Shown here: in pieces, positions 34,055 to 48,700 of the stretch
Position numbering within the stretch: position 1 is the stretch's first letter
How the letters are laid out: each line of letters opens with the position of its first letter
Made by a program: the position numbers and the translations under genes
Notes under the pieces: generated by a model
Seen by the model: the letters and a program-made list of their open reading frames with translations, nothing else
Database searches by the model: none
What the model was told of the DNA's origin: nothing
NCBI RefSeq assembly: GCF_009914755.1
Contig: NC_060945.1
Reading direction: 5' to 3' (one strand)
Source: the human T2T-CHM13v2.0 reference genome, Homo sapiens
DNA: 64,000 nucleotides

Positions 34055-35139
34055 ACATAAAATATGAAATTACATCAAATATATATTAGGTACATAAAAT
34101 ATGAAAGTACATCAAATATAGATTATATACTGTACATAAAATTTCAATGTACCCCAAATATATATTTTATACTCTACATGAAATATCAAAGTTCACAAAC
34201 CATATATTATATACTGTACATAAAATAACAAAGTACCCAAGGTATATATTCTATACTATACAAAAAATATCAAAGTACCCAAAGCATGTATTATATACTG
34301 TACCTAAAATATGAAAGTACATCAAATATATATTTTATTCTGTACATAAAATATCAAAGTACTCCAGATATATATCCTATAGTGTACATAAAATATCAAA
34401 GTACCCAAACTATACATTATATACTGTACATAAAATATGAAATTACATCAAATATATTTTATATTAGGTACAAAAAATATGAAAGTACATCAAATATAGT
34501 TTATATACTGTACATTAAATACCAAAGTACCCCAAATATATATTTTATACTATACATGAAATATCAAAGTTCACAAACTATATATTATATACTGTACATA
34601 TAATATCACAGTACCCAAGGTATATATTCTATACTGTACAAAAAATAACAAGGTACCAAAAGCATGTATAATATACTGTACATAAAATATGAAAGTACAT
34701 CAAATATATATTTTATTCTGTACATAAAATATCAAAGTACACCAGATATATATTCTAGAGTGTACATAAAATATCAAAGTACCCAAACTATACATTATAT
34801 ACTGTAAATAAAATATGAAATTACATCAAATATATTTTATATTAGGTACATAAAATATGAAAGTACATCAAATATAGATTATATACTGTACATTAAATAC
34901 CAAAGTACCCCAAATATATATTTTATACTGTACATGAAATATCAAAGTTCACAAACTATATATTATATACTGTACATAAATTATCAAAGTACCCAAGGTA
35001 TATATTCTATACTGTACAAAAAATATCAAAGTACCCAAAGCATGTATTATATACTGTACATAAAATATGATAGTACACCAAATATATATTTTATTCCGTA
35101 CATAAAATATCAAAGTACACCAGATATATATTCTATAGT

Positions 35140-37230
35140 GTACATAAAATAACAAAGTACAAAAACTATAAATTATATACTGTACATAAAATATGAAATT
35201 ACATCAAATATATATTAGGTACATAAAATATGAAAGTACATCAAATATAGATTATATACTGTACATAAAATTTCAATGTACCCCAAATATATATTTTATA
35301 CTCTACATGAAATATCAAAGTTCACAAACCATATATTATGTACTGTACATTAAATATCAAAGTACGCAAGGTATATATTCTATACTATACAAAAAATATC
35401 AAAGTACCCAAAGCATGTATTATATACTGTACCTAAAATATGAATGTACATCAAATATATATTTTATTCTGTACATAAAATATCAAAATACACCAGATAT
35501 ATATTCTATAGTGTTCACAAAATATCAAAGTACCCAAACTATACATTATATACTGTACATAAAATATGAAATTACATCAAATATATTTTATATTAGGTAC
35601 ATAAAATATGAAAGTACATCAAATATAGATTATATACTGTACATTAAATACCAAAGTACCCCAAATATATATTTTATACTGTACATGAAATATCAAAGTT
35701 CACAAACTATATATTATATACTGTACATATAATATCAAAGTACCCAAAGTATATATTCTATACTGTACAAAAATGACAAAGAACCAAAAGCATGTATAAT
35801 ATACTGTACATAAAATATGAAAGTACATAAAATATATATTTTATTCTGTACATAAAATATCAAAGTACACCAGATATATATTCTATAGTGTACATAAAAT
35901 ATCAAAGTACCCAAACTATACATTATATACTGTAAATAAAATATGAAATTACATCAAATATATTTTATATTAGGTACATAAAATATGAAAGTACATCAAA
36001 TATAGATTATACACTGTACATTAAATACCAAAGTACCCCAAATATATATTTTATACTGTACATGAAATATCAAAGTTCACAAACTATATATTATATACTG
36101 TACATAAAATAAAGTCCCCAAGGTATATATTCTATACTGTAGAAAAAATATCAAAGTACCCAAAGCATGTATTATATACTGTATATAAAATATGAAAGTA
36201 CATCAAATATATATTTTATTCTGTACATAATATATCAAAGTACACCAGATATATATTCTATAGTGTACATAAAATAACAAAGTACAAAAACTATAAATTA
36301 TATACTGTACATATAATATGAAATTACATCAAATATATATTAGGTACATAAAATATGAAAGTACATCAAATATAGATTATATACTGTACATAAAATTTCA
36401 ATGTACCCCAAATATATATTTTATACTCTACATGAAATATCAAAGTTCACAAACCATATATTATATACTGTACATTAAATATCAAAGTACGCAAGGTATA
36501 TATTCTATACTATACAAAAAATATCAAAGTACCCAAAGCATGTATTATATACGGTACCTAAAATATGAATGTACATCAAATATATATTTTATTCTGTACA
36601 TAAAATATCAAAATACACCAGATATATATTCTATAGTGTTCACAAAATATCAAAGTACCCAAACTATACATTATATACTGTACATAAAATATGAAATTAC
36701 ATCAAATATATTTTATATTAGGTACATAAAATATGAAAGTACATCAAATATAGATTATATACTGTACATTAAATACCAAAGTACCCCAAATATATATTTT
36801 ATACTGTACATGAAATATCAAAGTTCACAAACTATATATTATATACTGTACATATAATATCAAAGTACCCAAAGTATATATTCTATACTGTACAAAAATG
36901 ACAAAGAACCAAAAGCATGTATAATATACTGTACATAAAATATGAAAGTACATAAAATATATATTTTATTCTGTACATAAAATATCAAAGTACACCAGAT
37001 ATATATTCTATAGTGTACATAAAATATCAAAGTACCCAAACTATACATTATATACTGTAAATAAAATATGAAATTACATCAAATATATTTTATATTAGGT
37101 ACATAAAATATGAAAGTACATCAAATATAGATTATATACTGTACATTAAATACCAAAGTACCCCAAATATATATTTTATACTGTACATGAAATATCAAAG
37201 TTCACAAACTATATATTATATACTGTACAT
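35140..37230 (+). repeat. Tandem duplication, 1125-bp period; boundaries approximate
   Basis: ORF starts 35193/36318 and 35735/36860. Shared AGTACGCAAG, GAATGTAC, AAAATACACC, GTGTTCAC and the 1-bp-deleted AAAAATGACAAAGAACC. Confidence 0.83.
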
Positions 37231-40200
37231 AAATTATCAAAGTACCCAAGGTATATATTCTATACTGTAGAAAAAATATCAAAGTACCCAAAGCATGTAT
37301 TATATACTGTACATAAAATATGAAAGTACATCAAATATATATTTTATTCTGTACATAATATATCAAAGTACACCAGATATATATTCTATAGTGTACATAA
37401 AATAACAAAGTACACAAACTATACATTATATACTGTACATAAAATATGAAATTACATCAAATATATATTAGGTACATAAAATATGAAAGTACGTCAAATA
37501 TAGATTATATACTGTACATAAAATATCAATGTACCCCAAATATATATTTTATACTATACATGAAATATCAAAGTTCACAAACCATATATTGTATACTGTA
37601 CATAAAATATCAAAGTACCCAAGGTATATGTTCTATACTGTACAAAAAATATCAAAGTACCCAAAGCATGTATTATATACTGTACATAAAATATGAAAGT
37701 ACATCAAATATATATTTTATTCCGTACATAAAATATCAAAGTACACCAGATATATCTTCTATAGTGTACATAAAATATCAAAGTACACAAACTATACGTT
37801 ACATACTGTTCATAAAATACGAAATTACATCAAATATATATTATATAAGGTACATAAAATATGAAAGTACATCAAATATAGATTATATACTGTATATTAA
37901 ATACCAAAGAACCCCAAATATATATTATATACTCTACATGATATATCAAAGTTCACAAACTATATATTATATACTGTACATAAAATATCAAAGTATCCAA
38001 GGTATATATTCTATACTGTACAAAAAATATCAAAGTACCCAAAGCATGTATTATATACTGTATATAAAATATGAAAGTACATCAAATATATATTTTATTC
38101 TGTACATAAAATATCAAAGTACACCAGATATATATTCTATAGTGTACATAAAATAACAAAGTACAAAAACTATAAATTACATACTGTACATAAAATATGA
38201 ATTACATCAAATATATATTAGGTACATAAAATATGAAAGTACATCAAATATAGATTATATACTGTACATAAAATATCAATGTACCCCAAATATATATTTT
38301 ATACTTGACATGAAATATCAAAGTTCACAAACCATATAATATATACTGTACATAAAATATCAAAGTACCCAAGGTATATATTCTATACTGTACAAAAAAT
38401 ATCAAAGTACCCAAAGCATGTATTATATACTGTACATAAAATATGAAAGTACATCAAATATATATTTTATTCTGTACATAAAATATCAAAGTACACCAGA
38501 TATATATTCTATAGTGTACATAAAATATCAAAGTACCCAAACTATACATTATATACTGTACATAAAATATGAAATTACATCAAATATATATTATATTAGG
38601 TACATAAAATATGAAAGTACATCAAATATAGATTATATACTGTACATTAAATACCAAAGAACCCCAAATATATATTATATACTCTACATGATATATCAAA
38701 GTTCACAAACTATATATTATATACTGTACATAAAATATCAAAGTACCCAAGGTATATATTCTATACTGTACAAAAAATATCAAAGTACCCAAAGCATGTA
38801 TTATATACTGTATATAAAATATGAAAGTACATGAAATATATATTTTATTCTGTACATAAAATATCAAAGTACACCAGATATATATTCTATAGTGTACATA
38901 AAATAACAAAGTACAAAAACTATAAATTATATACTGTACATAAAATATGAAATTACATCAAATATATATTAGGTACATAAAATATGAAAGTACATCAAAT
39001 ATAGATTATATACTGTACATAAAATATCAATGTACCCCAAATATATATTTTATACTCGACATGAAATATCAAAGTTCACAAACCATATAATATATACTGT
39101 ACATAAAATATCAAAGTACCCAAGGTATATATTCTATACTGTACAAAAGATATCAAAGTACCCAAATCATGTATTATATACTGTACATAAAATATGAAAG
39201 TACATAAAATATATATTTTATTCTGTACATAAAATATCAAAGTACACCAGATATATATTCTATAGTGTACATAAAATATCAAAGTACCCAAACTATACAT
39301 TATATACTGTACATAAAATATGAAATTACATCAAATATATATTATATTAGGTACATAAAATATGAAAGTACATCAAATATAGATTATATACTGTACATTA
39401 AATACCAAAGTACCCCAAATATATATTTTATACTGTACATGAAATATCAAAGTTCACAAACTATATATTATATACTGTACATATAATATCAAAGTACCCA
39501 AGGTATATATTCTATACTGTACAAAAAATAACAAAGTACCAAAAGCATGTATAATATACTGTACATAAAATATGAAAGTACATCAAATATATATTTTATT
39601 CTGTACATAAAATATCAAAGTACACCAGATATATATTCTATAGTGTACATAAAATATCAAAGTACCCAAACTATACATTATATACTGTAAATAAAATATG
39701 AAATTACATCAAATATATTTTATATTAGGTACATAAAATATGAAAGTACATCAAATATAGATTATATACTGTACATTAAATACCAAAGTACCCCAAATAT
39801 ATATTTTATACTGTACATGAAATATCAAAGTTCACAAACTATATATTATATACTGTACATAAATTATCAAAGTACCCAAGCTATATATTCTATACTGTAG
39901 AAAAAATATCAAAGTACCCAAAGCATGTATTATATAGTGTACATAAAATATGAAAGTACATCAAATATATATTTTATTCTGTACATAATATATCAAAGTA
40001 CACCAGATATATATTCTATAGTGTACATAAAATAACAAAGTACACAAACTATACATTATATACTGTACATAAAATATGAAATTACATCAAATATATATTA
40101 GGTACATAAAATATGAAAGTACGTCAAATATAGATTATATACTTTACATAAAATATCAATGTACCCCAAATATATATTTTATACTATACATGAAATATCA

Positions 40201-43200
40201 AAATTCACAAACCATATATTGTATACTGTACATAAAATATCAAAGTACCCAAGGTATATGTTCTATACTGTACAAAAAATATCAAAGTACCCAAAGCATA
40301 TATTATATACTGTACATAAAATATGAAAGTACATCAAATATATATTTTATTCCGTACATAAAATATCAAAGTACACCAGATATATATTCTATAGTGTACA
40401 TAAAATATCAAAGTACACAAACTATACATTACATACTGTACATAAAATATGAAATTACATCAAATATATATTATATAAGGTACATAAAATATGAAAGTAC
40501 ATCAAATATAGATTATATACTGTACATTAAATACCAAAGAACCCCAAATATATATTATATACTCTACATGATATATCAAAGTTCACAAACTATATATTAT
40601 ATACTGTACATAAAATATCAAAGTACCCAAGGTATATATTCTATACTGTACAAAAAATATCAAAGTACCCAAAGCATGTATTATATACTGTATATAAAAT
40701 ATGAAAGTACATCAAATATATATTTTATTCTGTACATAAAATATCAAAGTACACCAGATATATATTCTATAGTGTACATAAAATAACAAAGTACAAAAAC
40801 TATAAATTATATACTGTACATAAAATATGAAATTACATCAAATATATATTAGGTACATAAAATATGAAAGTACATCAAATATAGATTATATACTGTACAT
40901 AAAATATCAATATACCCCAAATATATATTTTATACTCGACATGAAATATCAAAGTTCACAAACCATATAATATATACTGTACATAAAATATCAAAGTACC
41001 CAAGGTATATATTCTATACTGTACAAAAGATATCAAAGTACCCAAATCATGTATTATATACTGTACATAAAATATGAAAGTACATCAAATATATATTTTA
41101 TTCTGTACATAAAATATCAAAGTACACCAGATATATATTCTATAGTGTACATAAAATATCAAAGTACCCAAACTATACATTATATACTGTACATAAAATA
41201 TGAAATTACATCAAATATATATTATATTAGGTACATAATATATGAAAGTACATCAAATATAGATTATATACTGTACATTAAATACCAAAGTACCCCAAAT
41301 ATATATTTTATACTGTACATGAAATATCAAAGTTCACAAACTATATATTATATACTGTACATATAATATCAAAGTACCCAAGGTATATATTCTATACTGT
41401 ACAAAAAATATCAAAGTACCCAAAGCATGTATTATATACAGTACATAAAATATGAAAGTACATCAAATATATATTTTATTCTGTACATAAAATATCAAAG
41501 TACACCAGATATATATTCTATAGTGTACATAAAATATCAAAGTACCCAAACTATACATTATATACTGTACATAAAATATGTAATTACATCAAATATATAT
41601 TATATTAGGTACATAAAATATGAAAGTACATCAACTATAGATTATATACTGTACATTAAATACCAAAGTACCCCAAATATATATTTTATACTGTACATGA
41701 AATATCAAAGTTCACAAACTATATATTATATACTGTACATAAAATATCAAAGTACCCAAGGTATATATTCTATACTGTACAAAAAATATCAAAGTACCCA
41801 AAGCATGTATTATATACTGTACCTAAAATATGAAAGTACATCAAATATATATTTTATTCTGTACATAAAATATCAAAGTACACCAGATATATATTCTATA
41901 GTGTACATAAAATATCAAAGTACCCAAACTATACATTATATACTGTACATAAAATATGAAATTACATCAAATATATATTATATTAGGTACATAAAATATG
42001 AAAGTACATCAAATATAGATTATACACTGTACATAAAATATCAAAATACCCCAAATATATATTATATACTCTACATGAAATATCAAAGTTCACAAACTAT
42101 ATATTATATACTGTACATAAAATAAAGTCCCCAAGGTATATATTCTATACTGTAGAAAAAATATCAAAGTACCCAAAGCATGTATTATATACTGTATATA
42201 AAATATGAAAGTACATCAAATATATATTTTATTCTGTACATAATATATAAAAGTACACCAGATATATATTCTATAGTGTACATAAAATAACAAAGTACAA
42301 AAACTATAAATTATATACTGTACATAAAATATGAAATTACATCAAATATATATTAGGTACATAAAATATGAAAGTACATCAAATATAGATTATATACTGT
42401 ACATAAAATTTCAATGTACCCCAAATATATATTTTATACTCTACATGAAATATCAAAGTTCACAAACCATATATTATATACTGTACATAAAATATCAAAG
42501 TACCCAAGGTATATATTCTATACTATACAAAAAATATCAAAGTACCCAAAGCATGTATTATATACTCTACCTAAAATATGAATGTACATCAAATATATAT
42601 TTTATTCTGTACATAAAATATCAAAGTACACCAGATATATATTCTATAGTGTACACAAAATATCAAAGTACCCAAACTATACATTATATACTGTACATAA
42701 AATATGAAATTACATCAAATATATTTTATATTAGGTACATAAAATATGAAAGTACATCAAATATAGATTACATACTGTACATTAAATACCAAAGTACCCC
42801 AAATATATATTTTATACTGTACATGAAATATCAAAGTTCACAAACTATATATTATATACTGTACATAAATTATCAAAGTACCCAAGGTATATATTCTATA
42901 CTGTAGAAAAAATATCAAAGTACCCAAAGCATGTATTATATACTGTACATAAAATATGAAAGTACATCAAATATATATTTTATTCTGTACATAATATATC
43001 AAAGTACACCAGATATATATTCTATAGTGTACATAAAATAACAAAGTACACAAACTATACATTATATACTGTACATAAAATATGAAATTACATCAAATAT
43101 ATATTAGGTACATAAAATATGAAAGAACGTCAAATATAGATTATATACTGTACATAAAATATCAATGTACCCCAAATATATATTTTATACTGTACATGAA

Positions 43201-43322
43201 ATATCAAAGTTCACAAACCATATATTATATACTGTACATAAAATATCAAAGTACCCAAGGTATATGTTCTATACTGTACAAAAAATATCAAAGTACCCAA
43301 AGCATGTATTATATACTGTACA

Positions 43323-45708
43323 TAAAATATGAAAGTACATCAAATATATATTTTATTCTGTACATAAAATATCAAAGTACACCAGATATATATTCTATAG
43401 TGTACATAAAATATCAAAGTACCCAAACTATACATTATATAATGTACATAAAATATGAAATTACATCAAATATATATTATATTAGGTACATAAAATATGA
43501 AAGTACATCAAATATAGATTATATACTGTACATTAAATACCAAAGAACCCCAAATATATATTATATACTCTACATGATATATCAAAGTTCACAAACTATA
43601 TATTATATACTGTACATAAAATATCAAAGTACCCAAGGTATATATTCTATACTGTACAAAAAATATCAAAGTACCCAAAGCATGTATTATATACTGTATA
43701 TAAAATATGAAAGTACATCAAATATATATTTTATTCTGTACATAAAATATCAAAGTACACCAGATATATATTCTATAGAGTACATAAAATATCAAAGTAC
43801 CCAAACTATACATTATATAATGTACATAAAATATGAAATTACATCAAATATATATTATATTAGGTACATAAAATATGAAAGTACATCAAATATAGATTAT
43901 ATACTGTACATAAAATATCAAAGTACCCCAAATATATATTATATACTCTACATGAAATATCAAAGTTCACAAACTATATATTATATACTGTACATAAAAT
44001 ATCAAAGTACCCAAGGTATATATTCTATAATGTACAAAAAATATCAAAGTACCCAAAGCGTGTATTATATACTGTATATAAAATATGAAATTACATCAAA
44101 TATATATTTTATTCTGTACATAAAATATCAAAGTACACCAGATATATATTCTATAGTGTACATAAAATATCAAAGTACCCAAACTATACATTATATACTG
44201 TACATAAAATATGAAATTACATCAAATATATATTATATTAGGTACATAAAATATGAAAGTACATCAAATATAGATTATATACTGTACATTAAATACCAAA
44301 GTACCCCAAATATATATTTTATACTGTACATGAAATATCAAAGTTCACAAACTATATATTATATACTGTACATAAAATATCAAAGTACCCAAGGTATATA
44401 TTCTATACTGTACAAAAAATATCAAAGTACCCAAAGCATGTATTATATACTGTACCTAAAATATGAAAGTACATCAAATATATATTTTATTCTGTACATA
44501 AAATATCAAAGTACACCAGATATATATTCTATAGTGTACATAAAATATCAAAGTACCCAAACTATACATTATATAATGTACATAAAATATGAAATTACAT
44601 CAAATATATATTATATTAGGTACATAAAATATGAAAGTACATCAAATATAGATTATATACTGTACATTAAATACCAAAGAACCCCAAATATATATTATAT
44701 ACTCTACATGATATATCAAAGTTCACAAACTATATATTATATACTGTACATAAAATATCAAAGTACCCAAGGTATATATTCTATACTGTACAAAAAATAT
44801 CAAAGTACCCAAAGCATGTATTATATACTGTATATAAAATATGAAAGTACATCAAATATATATTTTATTCTGTACATAAAATATCAAAGTACACCAGATA
44901 TATATTCTATAGAGTACATAAAATATCAAAGTACCCAAACTATACATTATATAATGTACATAAAATATGAAATTACATCAAATATATATTATATTAGGTA
45001 CATAAAATATGAAAGTACATCAAATATAGATTATATACTGTACATAAAATATCAAAGTACCCCAAATATATATTATATACTCTACATGAAATATCAAAGT
45101 TCACAAACTATATATTATATACTGTACATAAAATATCAAAGTACCCAAGGTATATATTCTATAATGTACAAAAAATATCAAAGTACCCAAAGCGTGTATT
45201 ATATACTGTATATAAAATATGAAATTACATCAAATATATATTTTATTCTGTACATAAAATATCAAAGTACACCAGATATATATTCTATAGTGTACATAAA
45301 ATATCAAAGTACCCAAACTATACATTATATACTGTACATAAAATATGAAATTACATCAAATATATATTATATTAGGTACATAAAATATGAAAGTACATCA
45401 AATATAGATTATATACTGTACATTAAATACCAAAGTACCCCAAATATATATTTTATACTGTACATGAAATATCAAAGTTCACAAACTATATATTATATAC
45501 TGTACATAAAATATCAAAGTACCCAAGGTATATATTCTATACTGTACAAAAAATATCAAAGTACCCAAAGCATGTATTATATACTGTACCTAAAATATGA
45601 AAGTACATCAAATATATATTTTATTCTGTACATAAAATATCAAAGTACACCAGATATATATTCTATAGTGTACATAAAATATCAAAGTACCCAAACTATA
45701 CATTATAT
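43323..45708 (+). repeat. Near-perfect tandem duplication, 1134-bp period (3 x 378)
   Basis: Markers AGAG 43777/44911, AGCG 44057/45191 and TACCTAAA 44453/45587, all exactly 1134 apart. The translated repeat copies look identical. Confidence 0.88.
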
Positions 45709-48700
45709 ACTGTACATAAAATATGAAATTACATCAAATATATATTATATTAGGTACATAAAATATGAAAGTACATCAAATATAGATTATACACTGTACA
45801 TAAAATATCAAAGTACCCCAAATATATATTATATACTCTACATGAAATATCAAAGTTCACAAACTATATATTATATACTGTACATAAAATAAAGTCCCCA
45901 AGGTATATATTCTATACTGTAGAAAAAATATCAAAGTACCCAAAGCATGTATTATATACTGTATATAAAATATGAAAGTACATCAAATATATATTTTATT
46001 CTGTACATAATATATCAAAGTACACCAGATATATATTCTATAGTGTACATAAAATAACAAAGTACAAAAACTATAAATTATATACTGTACATAAAATATG
46101 AAATTACATCAAATATATATTAGGTACATAAAATATGAAAGTACATCAAATATAGATTATATACTGTACATAAAATTTCAATGTACCCCAAATATATATT
46201 TTATACTCTACATGAAATATCAAAGTTCACAAACCATATATTATATACTGTACATAAAATATCAAAGTACCCAAGGTATATATTCTATACTATACAAAAA
46301 ATATCAAAGTACCCAAAGCATGTATTATATACTGTACCTAAAATATGAATGTACATCAAATATATATTTTATTCTGTACATAAAATATCAAAGTACACCA
46401 GATATATATTCTATAGTGTACACAAAATATCAAAGTACCCAAACTATACATTATATACTGTACATAAAATATGAAATTACATCAAATATATTTTATATTA
46501 GGTACATAAAATATGAAAGTACATCAAATATAGATTATATACTGTACATTAAATACCAAAGTACCCCAAATATATATTTTATACTGTACATGAAATATCA
46601 AAGTTCACAAACTATATATTATATACTGTACATAAATTATCAAAGTACCCAATGTATATATTCTATACTGTAGAAAAAATATCAAAGTACCCAAAGCATG
46701 TATTATATACTGTACATAAAATATGAAAGTACATCAAATATATATTTTATTCTGTACATAATATATCAAAGTACACCAGATATATATTCTATAGTGTACA
46801 TAAAATAACAAAGTACACAAACTATACATTATATACTGTACATAAAATATGAAATTACATCAAATATATATTAGGTACATAAAATATGAAAGTACGTCAA
46901 ATATAGATTATATACTGTACATAAAATATCAATGTACCCCAAATATATATTTTATACTATACATGAAATATCAAAGTTCACAAACCATATATTGTATACT
47001 GTACATAAAATATCAAAGTACCCAAGGTATATGTTCTATACTGTACAAAAAATATCAAAGTACCCAAAGCATGTATTATATAATGTACATAAAATATGAA
47101 AGTACATCAAATATATATTTTATTCCGTACATAAATTATCAAAGTACACCAGATATATATTCTATAGTGTACATAAAATATCAAAGTACACAAACTATAC
47201 ATTACATACTGTACATAAAATATGAAATTACATCAAATATATATTATATATGGTACATAAAATATGAAAGTACATCAAATATAGATTATATACTGTACAT
47301 TAAATACCAAAGAACCCCAAATATATATTATATACTCTACATGATATATCAAAGTTCACAAACTATAGATTATATACTGTAAATAAAATATCAAAGTACC
47401 CAAGGTATATATTCTATACTGTACAAAAAATATCAAAGTACCCAAAGCATGTATTATATACTGTATATAAAATATGAAAGTACATCAAATATATATTTTA
47501 TTCTGTACATAAAATATCAAAGTACACCAGATATATATTCTATAGTGTACATAAAATAACAAAGTACAAAAACTATAAATTATATACTGAACATAAAATA
47601 TGAAATTACATCAAATATATATTAGGTACATAAAATATGAAAGCATATCAAATATAGATTATATACTGTATATTAAATACCAAAGTACCCCAAATATATA
47701 TTTTATACTGTACATCCAATATCAAAGTTCACAAACCATATATTGTATACTGTACATAAAATATCAAAGTACCCAAGGTATATGTTCTATACTGTACAAA
47801 AAATATCAAAGTACCCAAAGCATGTATTATATACTGTACATAAAATATGAAAGTACATCAAATATATATTTTATTCCGTACATAAAATATCAAAGTACAC
47901 CAGATATATATTCTATAGTGTACATAAAATATCAAAGTACACAAACTATACATTACATACTGTACATAAAATATGAAATTACATCAAATATATATTATAT
48001 AAGGTACATAAAATATGAAAGTACATCAAATATAGATTATATACTGTACATTAAATACCAAAGAACCCCAAATATATATTATATACTCTACATGATATAT
48101 CAAAGTTCACAAACTATATATTATATACTGCACATAAAATATCAAAGTACCCAAGGTATATATTCTATACTGTACAAAAAATATCAAAGTACCCAAAGCA
48201 TGTATTATATACTGTATATAAAATATGAAAGTACATAAAATATATATTTTATTCTGTACATAAAATATCAAAGTACACCAGATATATATTCTATAGTGTA
48301 CATAAAATAACAAAGTACAAAAACTATAAATTATATACTGTACATAAAATATGAAATTACATCAAATATATATTAGGTACATAAAATATGAAAGTACATC
48401 AAATATAGATTATATACTGTACATAAACTATCAATGTACCCCAAATATATATTTTATACTCGACATGAAATATCAAAGTTCACAAACCATATAATATATA
48501 CTGTACATAAAATATCAAAGTACCCAAGGTATATATTCTATACTGTACAAAAAATATCAAAGTACCCAAAGCATGTATTATATACTGTACCTAAAATATG
48601 AAAGTACATTAAATATATATTTTATTCTGTACATAAAATATCAAAGTACACCAGATATATATTCTATAGTGTACATAAAATATCAAAGAACCCAAACTAT

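Noticed and set aside
16323-48313. Short hydrophobic - strand ORFs (62-74 aa)
   Set aside because: They are the reverse-complement translation of the satellite where a point variant removes a TGA. Hydrophobicity follows from T-richness.
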